Below, in pieces: positions 1-12,100 of a stretch of 64,000 nt of DNA (within the stretch, counting starts at the first letter, position 1; every line of letters begins with the position of its first letter). The translations under genes were made by a program, and so were the position numbers. Below the pieces are notes generated by a model. It did not search any database and was not told the origin of the DNA. It worked only from the letters and a program-made list of their open reading frames with translations. Source of the stretch: Anthoceros angustus (Eukaryota; Plantae; Anthocerotophyta); assembly GCA_010909165.1 (NCBI GenBank), contig MU008161.1, forward strand, positions 1,178,001 through 1,242,000. The letters run 5' to 3'.

Positions 1-403
1 GGCTCCGGCGGCTCCGTTGTTTGAACGGATTGATTCCTAGGGTTAAGTTTCCCGGGTTCCCCTACTCTGCTCGACCTCACGACGCTTTCCCACATCCCAA
101 TCCACAACCCCACACTCATTCACTACGCTTGTCGACCCCAACTTATAGACCTATCACACTCTAATTATTCCAAACCCCCTATCTCACATATATAGACTTT
201 TTAGGGAACATTCCGAGTCCATGGGCCAAGGAACACCAAATTCCGGACCATTTATTTTCTAACCTAAAATCAAAACAAAAAAACTCCATAGGCCAAGGAC
301 ATTTCTTCTATAAATATCCCCTACTACCAACCCGACTTATTTTCACACCACTCCAAAAAACAAAAAACACTTGCACAGGGGTTTCCAGAGACTAGATCTT
401 ACA
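1..403 (-). repeat. 3' LTR of the Gypsy element (partial)
   Basis: Aligns by eye with ~8800-9230 and ends ...ACA at 403 (TGT on minus), next to the polypurine tract. Confidence 0.9.
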
Positions 404-415
404 TACTCCCTTCTC
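404..415 (-). promoter_or_regulatory. Polypurine tract (GAGAAGGGAGTA)
   Basis: Purine-rich 12-mer on the minus strand immediately before the TGT start of the 3' LTR. Confidence 0.85.
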
Positions 416-3400
416 ATTTGTTGGCGCCCAACTTATATAATACTTCTTGACCCTCCACCCATTGACTCGGGTTAGTGGAGGCCACACCTAGTTCTTGCAC
501 TGATCCATTTGAAGACTTGAGAACCCTATATGGCCCCATCCATCGAAGGTGGAGCTTGCGGAAAGTGCATGTACCTATTGTCTGAGGCCAAGTCACCGAA
601 CTACCCACTCTTCCGCAACCGATTGTCATGCCATATTTTCCGTCACCGAATATCTCGCATGACGCTCAACGCCTGCTCCCTATCCTCATGTTTAGCGACC
701 GGCCCCAGTGACTTTCCTCTCCGCCATGCGGTTAGTTTCCGGATACGCAGGTGGGAATTTCAAACTCAATTAGGAGAATGGCCGTAGGTGAGGTAGTACG
801 GTGTTTGTTGCGTTGTTATTTTCTCGCGATCTGTATGCCCGAGCGGAGTGAAGCTTAAGATCCCAATCGTACGCATATTCCACCGTTAGTTTGTTGAGGA
901 TCCTGCACAGGAGCCCATTCGCCTTTTCCGTTAATCCATTTGCCTTGGGATTATAAGGAGTCGTTTTCCTGTGGCGAACGTTGAAGTAGATCGTCATATG
1001 AGATATAACCGTTGAAAAATGTGACCCTCCGTCACGACAAGCTCCAAGGGCCATATCGAGTGATAATGTTCATAGAGGAACCGCCACTACATGAGTGTCT
1101 ACAGTGCTTGGGCTTCCACCATACGCGCAATAGTGCGGGCCACGAGGATGTATTGGTTTTGTCGCGTCCTCGTTTTGTATGGGACCAACAAAGTCTATTC
1201 CCCATTTCTCGAATGGCGGGCCAATATCGGAACCATTGGCCATTGAGTAGTGGGTTTCCCAACCCTCGGCAGCATCGCAGCGTTTAACAAACTCCTAGCA
1301 TCACGATGCATGGTTTGCCACCAATACCCGTTTCAAGCACCTTCTTGCACGTGATATGTGCGCAAAATGTCCTCCCTCGTATCTCTCTCACAAGACTTTC
1401 GGATAACTGCTCCTTGTTACCCATAACGCCCCGCATCCGGTCCGATTGTATGATTGTCTTTGCGTCGTACAAGCGGACGCGAATAGTGCTAAACGCGGCG
1501 GGGTTTGAAAGATCCGGTGGTATTTTCCCGTGAATTCCATCATCTCCTCGTGAGTGGGCCTTGTGTATCCGTTCTCCCCTTCTCATTTCTGCCGAGCCAC
1601 CATTTACCCTCGCCTTATGGTTCTTGCCCCTCTAACTCGTGATGAGCTTCATCGGAAAATCGTCGTTTTGGTCTGTGTAACCTCCTCTGTTTCAGCCTCG
1701 AAATGTAATCTGCATTCACATGTTTACTCCTCCTCTGGTCTCCACCGTGAACGTGAATTCTGGGGGAGTAGGATCCATCTTGCTGCCCGACAAGTCGGTT
1801 TGTTTACCGGTGTTTGAGGCGAAGTGGTCCACATGGAAGACGAACTCAGGATAGCAAATAGTGAAACTTGCGAACCGAGTACACCATCCCTAGCGCCTCT
1901 CGGTGGTGGTATACTTCTTCTGCGTCGAGGCCTCATGCATAATAGATTGGATAATCGTGCTTCTTGTCATCCCTTTGGCTTAGAATGGTACCGATTGCAT
2001 AGGCAAACGTCTACAAACACGTGGAACTTCTTGCCGCCCCAGCTGCGTGGTCTTGTGATCGGTGGTGCGAAGATCATTGAAGGCCTCCTCTCGTTTTGTC
2101 CATTCCCACTCTGGTCCTCGGCGTGGAGCGCCCGGAGAAATTCTTCACAAACCTTCGATAATAGCCTACCATTCCGAGGAATCCCTAAGCTCCTTGGTGG
2201 TAGGTGGCTTGAGGGCGGTAATGATTTTGACCTTATCCGGGTCGACCTCTATCCCCCGCGCAGAAATGCGGTGCCCCAACAAAATACCCTCTGGCATGCC
2301 GAAATAACATTTCTCGGGATGTAGACACAATTGGGTCTGTTGACACCGTTCCAGACATTTGCGAAGGTGGTTGAGGTGATCTTCGCTGCTCCAAACACGC
2401 AGAAGTCATCCAGGAAGACCTCCATGAAGTCCCTAAGGTATTCCTTGAAAATCTTGACAACCGTCCGCATGAAGGATCCTGGTGCCCCAAATCCGTTTGC
2501 TTGTAGGCATAGGTTCCCATGTAGTGAAGTTAGTGGCCAATCACTCTCCACGAGATGTACCGATTATACCCATCCGAGCAGTAGACCATTCTCCGCAACT
2601 AAGTCCGATGTTGTCTATGAATGGAAGCGGGTAATGGTCTTTTTGGTCACCTTGTTTAACTTCCTCCAATCTGACGTATCTTCCCTTACGCTTTTGGGAA
2701 CCACCACAATTGGGGCTACCCACCGATGTCACAATAGGATATATGACGTCCGGCAAGTAAAGCTCCAATTGTTACCTTTATGAATACTTTGGATTTAGCT
2801 TGTATTGCGATCCGACGCACGGCACCCGGCTCGAGATCAATCTTGTGCTCCCCACTCCCTCGGTATACCCTTCATGTCCGTAACGTCAAAAGCAAAAACG
2901 TGGATAAATTCATTGTTTCATACCCCTTTCCAAGTGCATTCATCCTGCTCGAAAACTTAAGGACCTTGCCGCAACACTTCCACATCCTTGACCTCATCCG
3001 TCTGCACTCTCTCTCCACCGGCGGATGTGATGCGAACCCTTCCTCCATTGTCTTGGTTCTCCTTGCGCATTCCCCATTCCGGAATAGGTCGTCGAGGTAA
3101 GCGTGAGACACCCTCCTCGCACCAAGTTTGTCCAGGATCGGCTCCTCGGCTCACCCACCTCTACTTCTGCCTCGACCTCGCCCCGGCCTTCTCGGCCCGA
3201 TCCACGACCACGGGTTGTCAATTGTGACTCCATAGCACCCTAATAGGTTGATGGAATGGGAATATCTCTCGTAATCGTCCTCTTCATCGACCACGAAATA
3301 TGTGCGAATGGGAATTTCTCCTTCTCATCCTCCCCCCAGAGGTATCTTGAGAGGTGTATCCCTCCGTTTCGGTGTCTCCCTGCACGTATCTCGCTCCAAG

Positions 3401-5838
3401 TCAAACATATCCTTCCTCCTTAATTTTGGGGTCCCCAGAGGTTTGAATCCCACTTCCTTTCTCGCCCCATTTGAAGGTGCAACGTGCCCCATACATCCAT
3501 GTTCGTCAATGAGAACCTCATACCCGCTTTTTGTTTAATGACCACGTAGTCCATGAGGTGGAATGGTACCAATATGGGTTAGGACTCCTCCTACCGGCCA
3601 TTTTGGACATGTCCGCCACCAACACCTTTGATGTATTCTGCTCGCAACCCAAGCTTAGGCGGTCTCCTCATCATGATGTTGACTCGACCGGAATCTAGCG
3701 GCACCTTCTTGATTACACATCCACTTTCTCAGAGCTCACAGACCCCAGTCCATCATGGCCACCATATTCACAGAAGGGATTTCGGCCTTGGGGTGGAAAG
3801 GTTCTCTCTTCTTGGGGTGCCGCCTTCAATGCCCCACGTTCTTTGGCGCGGATTGTCCCCGAGAAGTCGTTCAATGTTATCATGAACTTTTGGTCCATGA
3901 TAGCGTCGCCAAATTGAAAGGAACACCGTGTGCTTGCTTTCTCCTTGCCAACCCCACCGTCATTTCGAACATGTGTTTTGCGGTCGTTGAAACAGATGGC
4001 GAGGGTCGGTGGGTCCAAAGGTAATGCCGGAGTCTGTTCGTTCTCGGATCATATCCATAACCTTCCCCGACAGGAAACGCCGACTCATCCTTTTTCCTCT
4101 TGCGGGTTTTCGCCCCATGTGTCGACTCGAGTCCCACCGCCGTCCATGTCCTCGTTTTGCACTTCACCTCGAATCCGCGGTCTCGCCGCTAAGGGAGTTA
4201 CACCGTGATGCCATCCAAATCGCAACCCTCGCGTTAAGTGTGTGCCTTGCTCCCGTCCTGGATTCGCATGCCCTTTTTTTTCACGACATACCGAGTCCCT
4301 CGTTTTGTGGTTGGACTTCTCTTCCTTCCCGCTTTGATGAAGACGCCTCTTCCTCCTCACTTGCGGACGTTATGGAAGCTCCCACTCCGTTCTTCTTCCT
4401 TTTTCCCTCGCTCCCTTCTTAGGGTGTCCGCCTTCCTCTCGCCGCGTCCGACAGCCCATCGCAGGAGTTCCGTAATACCCACTCCACATCCCCAACCCTT
4501 CCGGGCTCCTCGACGGGCCTCGGAATCCTCCCATACTGACCATGAGCGCATCTTGACTTGCATTCTTTGCATGTGCGGGTGGGTCGCAGAACCGGAGGTT
4601 GACGATCCTCACTTTTTCGGTGTCCGGCAGGAGGACGCCGCCACGTGACCGATTGCTTGCGTCCACACAGCCTTTCAAAATCACCATTCCCTGGCGAGAT
4701 GCGGAGGGGCATCCAGCAAGATGCCCGAACCCTCGGCAATTGTAACAGATGGCACTCATTTGCGGGGTTCCTTGCCATCGATTGCGAATGCCCATGCCTG
4801 GGTTTTCGCAAACTCGAGTACAAAGTTTTGGTACCCGAGATCGGTGTTGCCTCTTGAATTTGGTATGTATCTTCCAAGCACATCTCCTCATCCTCTCCTC
4901 GTAGCCCAAGAGTTGCACTTTTGTTTGTGACGTTCGACCTCGAGTGCCCTGTCTGTTGAGTGAAGAGATTCGCCCGCGCTCGAGCAACCCTTCTTCTATC
5001 ATGGTCCTTGATGGCATTAAGATGGAGTTTCTTTTCTCGGTTTGACCATCATTTCCTCCATCTTGTTCCTTGTTGCTCCACTTTTTGCGCTTTCCACCTC
5101 TCTTCTCACTGCTCCGCGTCCTTTCGTGCATATAGCAGCTCCTTCCCTTTTGCACGTCGTCTTGTTTCCATCATTTTTCCCTTCTTCCTTCTATCCCTTG
5201 GTTGCGCTCACCTTACGAATTCTCCTCCGAATCCCGGTCTCCTCTTCCGTGGAGCTACCCGAGGAGTCATTGAAAACTATCCTCCGCGAATCGCCATCGG
5301 AGGAATAGTACTTCTTCTTCTTTTTGTATTTCTTTTTGTCCTTCCGCCCTTGTTCGAGTTCTTCTTCTCTTCCGCGTTGGACTCCTCATAGTTCGATTTG
5401 ATCGCGATCCAAATCTTTCTCACTGAGAGCGACGTGCCTTCCCATCTCCGCGCCAATCCTCTTGCAAACCAAATGGCCATTATTAGCTCCGAGTGCGGAC
5501 CCCGATCCGTAGTGTGGAACCTTTCCACATAAGCTGCAGTGTCTCTTCCCTCTCCGCAATCCCTCGAGTTTGGACAGACATATCCTTCCACATCGACCCC
5601 TCCGAACCTTTCACAAAAGCTCTTCAAGGCCCCAAAGTAGGCGGGGTGTGGCGAAGCTATGTACTCCGCTTGTACCACTTGGCCGCGCTCGCGTAAGACT
5701 CCATAAGCTGGGCACGATCGCATCCTCACGGTTGGCGTGCCACTCAAAACGCTCGACAAACTCGTCGGGATCCTCATGGCCCTTCTTTTCTCCGCAACGG
5801 TAAGATTGCTTAGTAGTAACAAGCACCCAGATCGCCAT
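414..5838 (-). pseudogene. Gypsy gag-pol, frameshifted in this sequence
   Basis: gag-like fragments 5277-5838; CYNCRGFGHLAGC knuckle ~4715-4755; LDSG protease motif ~3690; RT QKDHYPLPFID and YLRDFMEVFLDDFCVFG (2249-2768); integrase HRKTTPYNPKANGLTEKANG (770-1054); GPY/F motif LHLRWMGPYRV (414-629). Confidence 0.9.
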
Positions 5839-6210
5839 AACTAGTACTTAACGATCAGTAGTTGACGCGCCACTACGTGACCTCTACATTCAAAGTTCGA
5901 GACCGGTGGTCTAGGCACTGGAGCGAGATCAAAAGACAAGGTGGAATCGGGTACCGGCCCTTGTACCGCTCCGTAGTCGAGAGTTGGGAATCAATCCGTT
6001 AAGATCCGATCCCAATCCGAGTCGACTCCCCCCCTCTTCCTCGTCCAACAGTGTGATCTCCGCTCCTCGTAACTCTCTGCACCTCCTGCCGCGTTGCCGC
6101 TTTCCCCAGTCGATCGAATCGCTTGTCTCCACCCGAGGCATCCATCAATCTAGTAATGCTAGACTCTACTTAAGCTATGGTTAGTTCCTTCCTACGTCCT
6201 TGATTCCATT

Positions 6211-6222
6211 CCCGCAACGCCA
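6211..6222 (-). promoter_or_regulatory. Primer-binding site, degenerate tRNA-Asp type
   Basis: Minus strand reads CA-TTT-TGGCGTTGCGGG, resembling TGGCGCCGTTGCCGGGGA of Athila-type elements, 3 nt after the LTR CA end. Confidence 0.65.
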
Positions 6223-6225
6223 AAA

Positions 6226-9200
6226 TGTGGAGTGTGGATTCGTGTCCGGGGACACCGTGAGGTCCACATTCACCCTCAATGTCGTTGTAGGCTTAGGATT
6301 CGCTCCCAAGGGAATGGTTTGTGCCAAGAGACGCTAACTTCTATCGCCATCGACCTTCACCTAAGTCAAGACTTACTTACACTCCTCTTACCTATCTACT
6401 CAACCACTACTACCCCGACTTGTCTAGCTACCAGCTCTTATTCCACGACGCAAATCTTATTCCACGACCGGGTGCTCCACCACTCGGTAGTTGCTCGACC
6501 ACCGAGGTGGGTCCCACCCAAACCCTAGCGACTTATTCCACGGCGCCCGCGGATCCTCGCAGGGCGTCCCACTGCATGCGGATCGCTTTATTCTGCCTCC
6601 ACACTTCATGCACACACACACACCGATTCCTAGGGACCAAATTCCACAAATCCTCACGCTCACACACACAAAGGGCCACACTCACACAATTTTACAAGGG
6701 AACTGTTCCCCTTGCACCTTCCACCAGCGGTTTGGCTTTTGGATTCACACAATCCACCGCTAGTCTCTCTCAATTAGTTCCTTCTCTCTCCACCGCCTGA
6801 TCGCGTGATTTAGTCACTCCTTCACCCAATCTTCTCTCTCTCTCTCTCCTCAATTCCCGGGCTTCCAACCATCCACTCAACACTTCTCTCAATTGAACAC
6901 AACTAGGGACAAGTGTGAAGGAAAGAAGAACCCCAGGCCACGAGGCGCTGAGCAAGCTCCGACCCCGCGCCAATCCCTTGGTTTCCTCCTCCTTGCAAGA
7001 TTGCTTTATCACCCTCCTCCCGCGGAGCAAGCTCTCGACCACCCCTAGGAGCGTCTCGCACCACCCTCTCAAGGACGTCTCCAACCAGCCAGGCAGGGGA
7101 TCTCAACCAGAGTTATCGGCGTGAGGGACCCATCGCCCCTCTTATACATCCGGGCACCATGCCCGGATTTTAGGTCCTAAGATGGCTATCACGCGACGCG
7201 CCACAATTCGAGCGATCCTAGGTCCAGCGATCCTAACCAAATTATCTTTAGGTTGCTACCACCTCACCACGCTATCTCGGCGCCCTACCTCGACTTGGCC
7301 CGGCACGTCCTCCATTGCTGCCGCCACGAGCTCTCCGCCACGCCGGCTGGTCGGAGTTTCCACACTACTTCCACCTCATCCACTGGACGCCCGAATTTGA
7401 GGTGTACCACTGGGCTTCGCATCTTCCGCTGGCCGCCTATTCCGAGGATTATTCCGGTTCCTCGTCCACCCAAGCTGGACCTCCTCGCTCAACTCCTCCA
7501 AAGTCGCCTGCATAATAGGAGCCAACCCCACACCGGCGCAGTGGTAGAAGTATGCACTTGGGTCCTCACTTGCGAGGTAGGCCCCGATCCCTCCTATTTC
7601 CACACGCACATGGTGAGGTTAAGCACGCGTTCTCCATTCACATATAGACCGAACATAAGTTTCCTCATCCATGTGCCGAATATAATAGGACCGCACACCG
7701 AGGTGCTTACCCTCCTCCCGTAGGCTACACCGTGCTGCCTATGTCTCGCGAGGCGCCACGCCGCACCTCCGCCCGCCCCTCCGGGTTGATGCGCCAATGT
7801 CGGTGGTTTTCTCACACTAGTGACTCCACGAGCGTGCCTCAACCTTGGTAGGTGAGGTTTTCACACTGCTGTCGCCCCTTCCGCCAGGCCTTCCGCCTCT
7901 CCGTTGGTCACCCCTGCCTTCCTCCCGCCCCGCCACTCCATCCGATTTTTCCTCCTTGGGCCTCCGCCTTCCACTTCACCTCCCTAACCGCTTCCACATG
8001 TGGAGGGAGGCTACAATCTCCACCTCCGCGCATAGCTAGCGTAAACATAAAGATGGACCAAATGGTGAGATTAGAGAGGCCGAGGGGCGAGGAAATCAAG
8101 TTCAACCTCTCTTCACACAACTTGTCAAGAGAATTCGCCTCAATCGATCTCCTTGACCACTTCATGAAGGAACAAAGCAAGTGGTCGACAAATAATCCTC
8201 GCTCTTGTGCCGCAGAAACATAGGAGCCACCGCTGCACTCCATCAATCACACATACAACCTCGCCAACCAAACTGGTTCGACCACGCCCGCTAACTGTAT
8301 GGCCCGGCTTCTTTTCCGGACGGCCCATCACCAAACCGCCCGCCTCCTCCCATCGCGCCATACACCCTTCTAACCACCTGTGTCCCAACTCGGGCTTCGC
8401 TTCTAAACTCTCACCGGTCATTTTGTCCTTCTGTGTGACGCGACACTCGCACCCCTGTGTTCATGTAATTCCACCGCTTCCATGAAACCCAGCCTCAGCC
8501 CTTCACCCCTCCTCAACTTTCCAATGATCCATGTTCGCCATTGGGCAAGCACAATGTGGTGACCTTGGGCGCCATCCTCTCACGGCCTTCCGGTCTCGCC
8601 ACAAACCAACGCCACCTGCGAATTTCCGGGGCCGGCCTGTGGTTCCTACCTCCTCAGAAGGAGCTCACCCCCGCGCCTTCCTCCTCCCGCTGCCCGCGAT
8701 GTCCGACGGGTTGAGCTCCTTCCTTCGCTGCTGCGCCGCGCCTCCCCGATGCAGTGCTGACACAACTCCTCGACTTCGTCAAGGCCACCGCCGTCCGCCC
8801 GCTCCCGCCTGCGCCTGCTGTTTGAACGGGATTCGCCATTCCTAGGTTAAGTTTCCTGTGTTCCCCTACTCCTGCTCGACCTCACGACCGCTTTCCCACA
8901 TCCCAATCCACAACCCCACACTCATTCACCACTGCTTGGCCGACCCCAACTTATAGACCTATCACACTCTAATTATTCCAACCCCCTATCTCACATATAT
9001 AGACTTTTTAGGAATATTCCGAGTCCATGGGCCAAGGAACACCAAATTTTGACCATTTATTTTCTAACTTAAAAATCAAAACAAGAAAAGAATCCATAGG
9101 CCAAGGGCATTTCTTCTATAAATACCTCCGCCTACTACCAACCCGACTTATTTTCACACCACGGATCCCAAAAACAAAAAAAAAAACACTTCGACACGTC

Positions 9201-9230
9201 CCAGCAGTTTCCAAGTCCGGATCGTCTACA
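6226..9230 (-). repeat. 5' LTR of the Gypsy element (~3.0 kb)
   Basis: TGTGGA...TCTACA imperfect terminal inverted repeat; PBS adjacent. Only 8800-9230 can be verified against the other LTR inside this window; the left end is inferred from the PBS and TG. Confidence 0.75.
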
Positions 9231-9443
9231 AGGTGGCATTGAAAAGATGCAAGTGGAAGTAACACCAGCGGTGACGGTCGCGAGTAATAGGCCATGTCTC
9301 CGGACCGCATGCGATGCATGATCGGCCGACACATGCGCCGCCGCGTCGCCATTCAAAGTTGCCACCTCACCTTCCCTTATGTCTCAACTCCTCATTATAA
9401 CAAGTGGGACCTAATCAGCGATGACCACACTTATCACTCGTAG

Positions 9444-10990
9444 ACATATATAGTCACCAAATTCTAGCACACACATTTGCCAAGAACATTCACGATCATT
9501 TCGAGGAGGACATATCCTTGTCATTGCCCAAGGAACTATTTGTCCTTGGGCCTCGGTACGTCCATGTCATAGCCCATGGTCATGTCATGTCCAGCCCATA
9601 ACATGCATATACATGTGGCCCACGGACATAACGTGACCATGATTATGCATATGTGTCATGGTCCAAGAACATTTTCATTGGACCATGTCATGTATATATG
9701 TCATTGTCATGCGCATGACATTTATATACATGCCATGGGCCAAGGACAAAGTTGTCCTTGGCCCATGACATGCATATATGTCATGGGCCAAGGACAACTT
9801 TGTCCTTGGCCCATGGCATGTATATATAAATGTCATATATATGCATGTCCTGCGCGACATGCATGCATGCATAAGCTCAAAGTTTTCCTTGGCCCATGAC
9901 ATCCATATGCATGTCATGTGCCAACACTTTGAGCTTGGCCCATGGCATGTGCATGTCATGGTAAGACCATGCCATGCATTTACATGTCATGGGCCAAGCT
10001 CAAAGTTGTCCTTGGCCCATGACAACTCCCATCCCCATGCATGTTTGGCCACCTCATCATGCGCTCCTTGTGTTTTAAGTCCTCATAATAGCATGTCCTC
10101 CCAAATGAAGTCTACACCACACTCATCGATTGCTATACATATATAGACACCAATATGTAGCCTTTGCCTTTCCGTGGGCCAAGGACAAATTTGTCCTTCG
10201 CCCATGACATGAATTTACATGTCTGGGCCGAGGACAATTTGTCCTTACTGTTATTATGTCTGGGCCACACCATGCCATGCATGATTTTCGTGGGCCAAGG
10301 ACAAATGTCCTTGGCCTGGCGTTCATGTCTGGTCTTGACCATGCCATGCATTGCCATGGGCCAAGGACAAAGTTGTCCTTGCCCCATGAAACGCCTTGTA
10401 ATATACATGTCATGGCCCAAGGACAAATTTGTCCTTGGCCCATGGCAATTATATAAATGTCCTTGGCCCTTGCCTATTATATAAATGTCATGCGCATGAC
10501 ATTTACATGCATATACATTTCATGGTGAAAGGAAAAACGTTTCCTTGGACCATCACATGCATATGCATGTCATGGTCATATCATGTCCTTGGCCCATGAC
10601 ATGTATATGCACGTCATGGGCCAAGGACATGACAAGACCATGGGCCATGACATGCACGCACATGTCGAGGCCCAAGGACAAATAAATCCTTGTGCAATGA
10701 CAGGAGGTCGCATTTGTCCTTGGCCCTCGAAATGCCTGTGAATGTGCTTGGCCGTCGATATGTGTGAGCGAGATATTCGTGACTATATATGTTCGGCCAT
10801 GACATGTAAATACATGCCATGGTCAAGACCATGACATGCATATACATGTCATGGCCCAAGTCATGCGATGTCCGTGGACCATGTCATGCATGTACATGTC
10901 ATGGCAGAAGGACAAATGACATGCACGGACATGGGCATTTCCCAATCCAAGGACCATGACATGCATTGACTCATCATGGACCAAAGACAA
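9444..10990. repeat. Palindromic motif array / long foldback (core CATGGGCCAAGGACAA and its reverse complement)
   Basis: More than 20 copies in both orientations; outer arms ~9444-9830 and ~10350-10792 are inverted copies; near-perfect nested palindrome 9731-9818. Possibly CACTA subterminal repeats. Confidence 0.85.
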
Positions 10991-12100
10991 TCCCCGGTGA
11001 CCACGAGAGACGCGTTTCCGTGTGCGTCACCCTTGTGAGGCACCTCGGTGCAAACGGCTGTGTGCATCGTGGATAGCGTGGGTGTGAAATGAATATGTGT
11101 CATCATACCAGTCATTACAAAGCTGTGCACTTGGGGTGGTCGGCCATGATCCTAGGCCGCCGTCCATCTGCTGTTGCACCATTGTCAATGTTTATACCTG
11201 TACTTGTTCGATGTACGCAGTTGGCACTGTCGTTAATTATGCTTACCTCCTGAAAACCCCGCTACTCACGTCCGCGGGCGACACCACCGCCAAAGGTCGC
11301 CATGGCGAGACGGGCTGTCGGCCATGGCCGTCAATACGCCTCGCAAGCTTGTCGCATACAGGCGATCGATATCGCAGATTCTCCCAACCGTAAACCGATG
11401 TTCCGGAGGCCACGATTGCGTGTAGAAATCGGCTCTTCTCCGAGATTTGCTTTAACTACGAACTCACGGTGCGTGAAAAGCTCCAGCTCTTGCTTAAGTC
11501 TCCTCCCTGCGGTTTGAGGCCTACCGTGAACCCCATCACTCCCCTCCACCCCTCCCCACCCGCGTCTCCACCGTTCCTCTCCTCGCGCCCCGCCCCGCCC
11601 CTTGGCCGCGGTATGCGAGCCCTCGTCCCCTGTCCTGGCGGATGTGGCGAGGCGGTCTATGACTTGCATTCCTACATCTTGAATGGGTTGGGCATACGGT
11701 GCTTGCACTTTGGACACCTCCACAGGTCGATGGCCATCAAGGACCCGGTGGCCTACTGTGTGCCAACCGGGTGTGTACCCACGCCCTTTTTGTGGAACCC
11801 CCGTTCGACTGGCCAAGTGGAAGCCTCCCAACGCCTTGGAGTTCGTGTCTCGACCACCACGCCCGGATCTCGGTAGTGGGGTTAGGATGTGTGTGTGAAA
11901 ACTGCGTCCATGACCCAGGTGCCGGCCCAAGGTGTCTCGGCCTAGGGATTCTCTCCTTTTCACCCATTGCGTTCAATAGTTTTTGGTTCCCATGCGGCCG
12001 CCTTTTCCTTCCGTGCTCAACTATCTTCCTTCCAACATTGCGGTGTGTGCGGAGGTTGTGGGCTCCTATAGATAGGCACCGAGTATGGCTATGAAGGATT

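Larger units (their letters stand above)
1..9230 (-). mobile_element. Ty3/Gypsy LTR retrotransposon (non-chromovirus-like; 3' LTR runs off the window start)
   Basis: Direct repeat 1-403 vs ~8800-9230; PPT at 404-415; PBS-like at 6211-6222; minus-strand domain order gag, zinc knuckle, protease, RT, RNase H, integrase (Gypsy order). Confidence 0.92.

Noticed and set aside
9444-10990. CRISPR-like array of palindromic repeats
   Set aside because: Eukaryotic context; repeats occur in both orientations with irregular, mutually related spacers; no cas genes.
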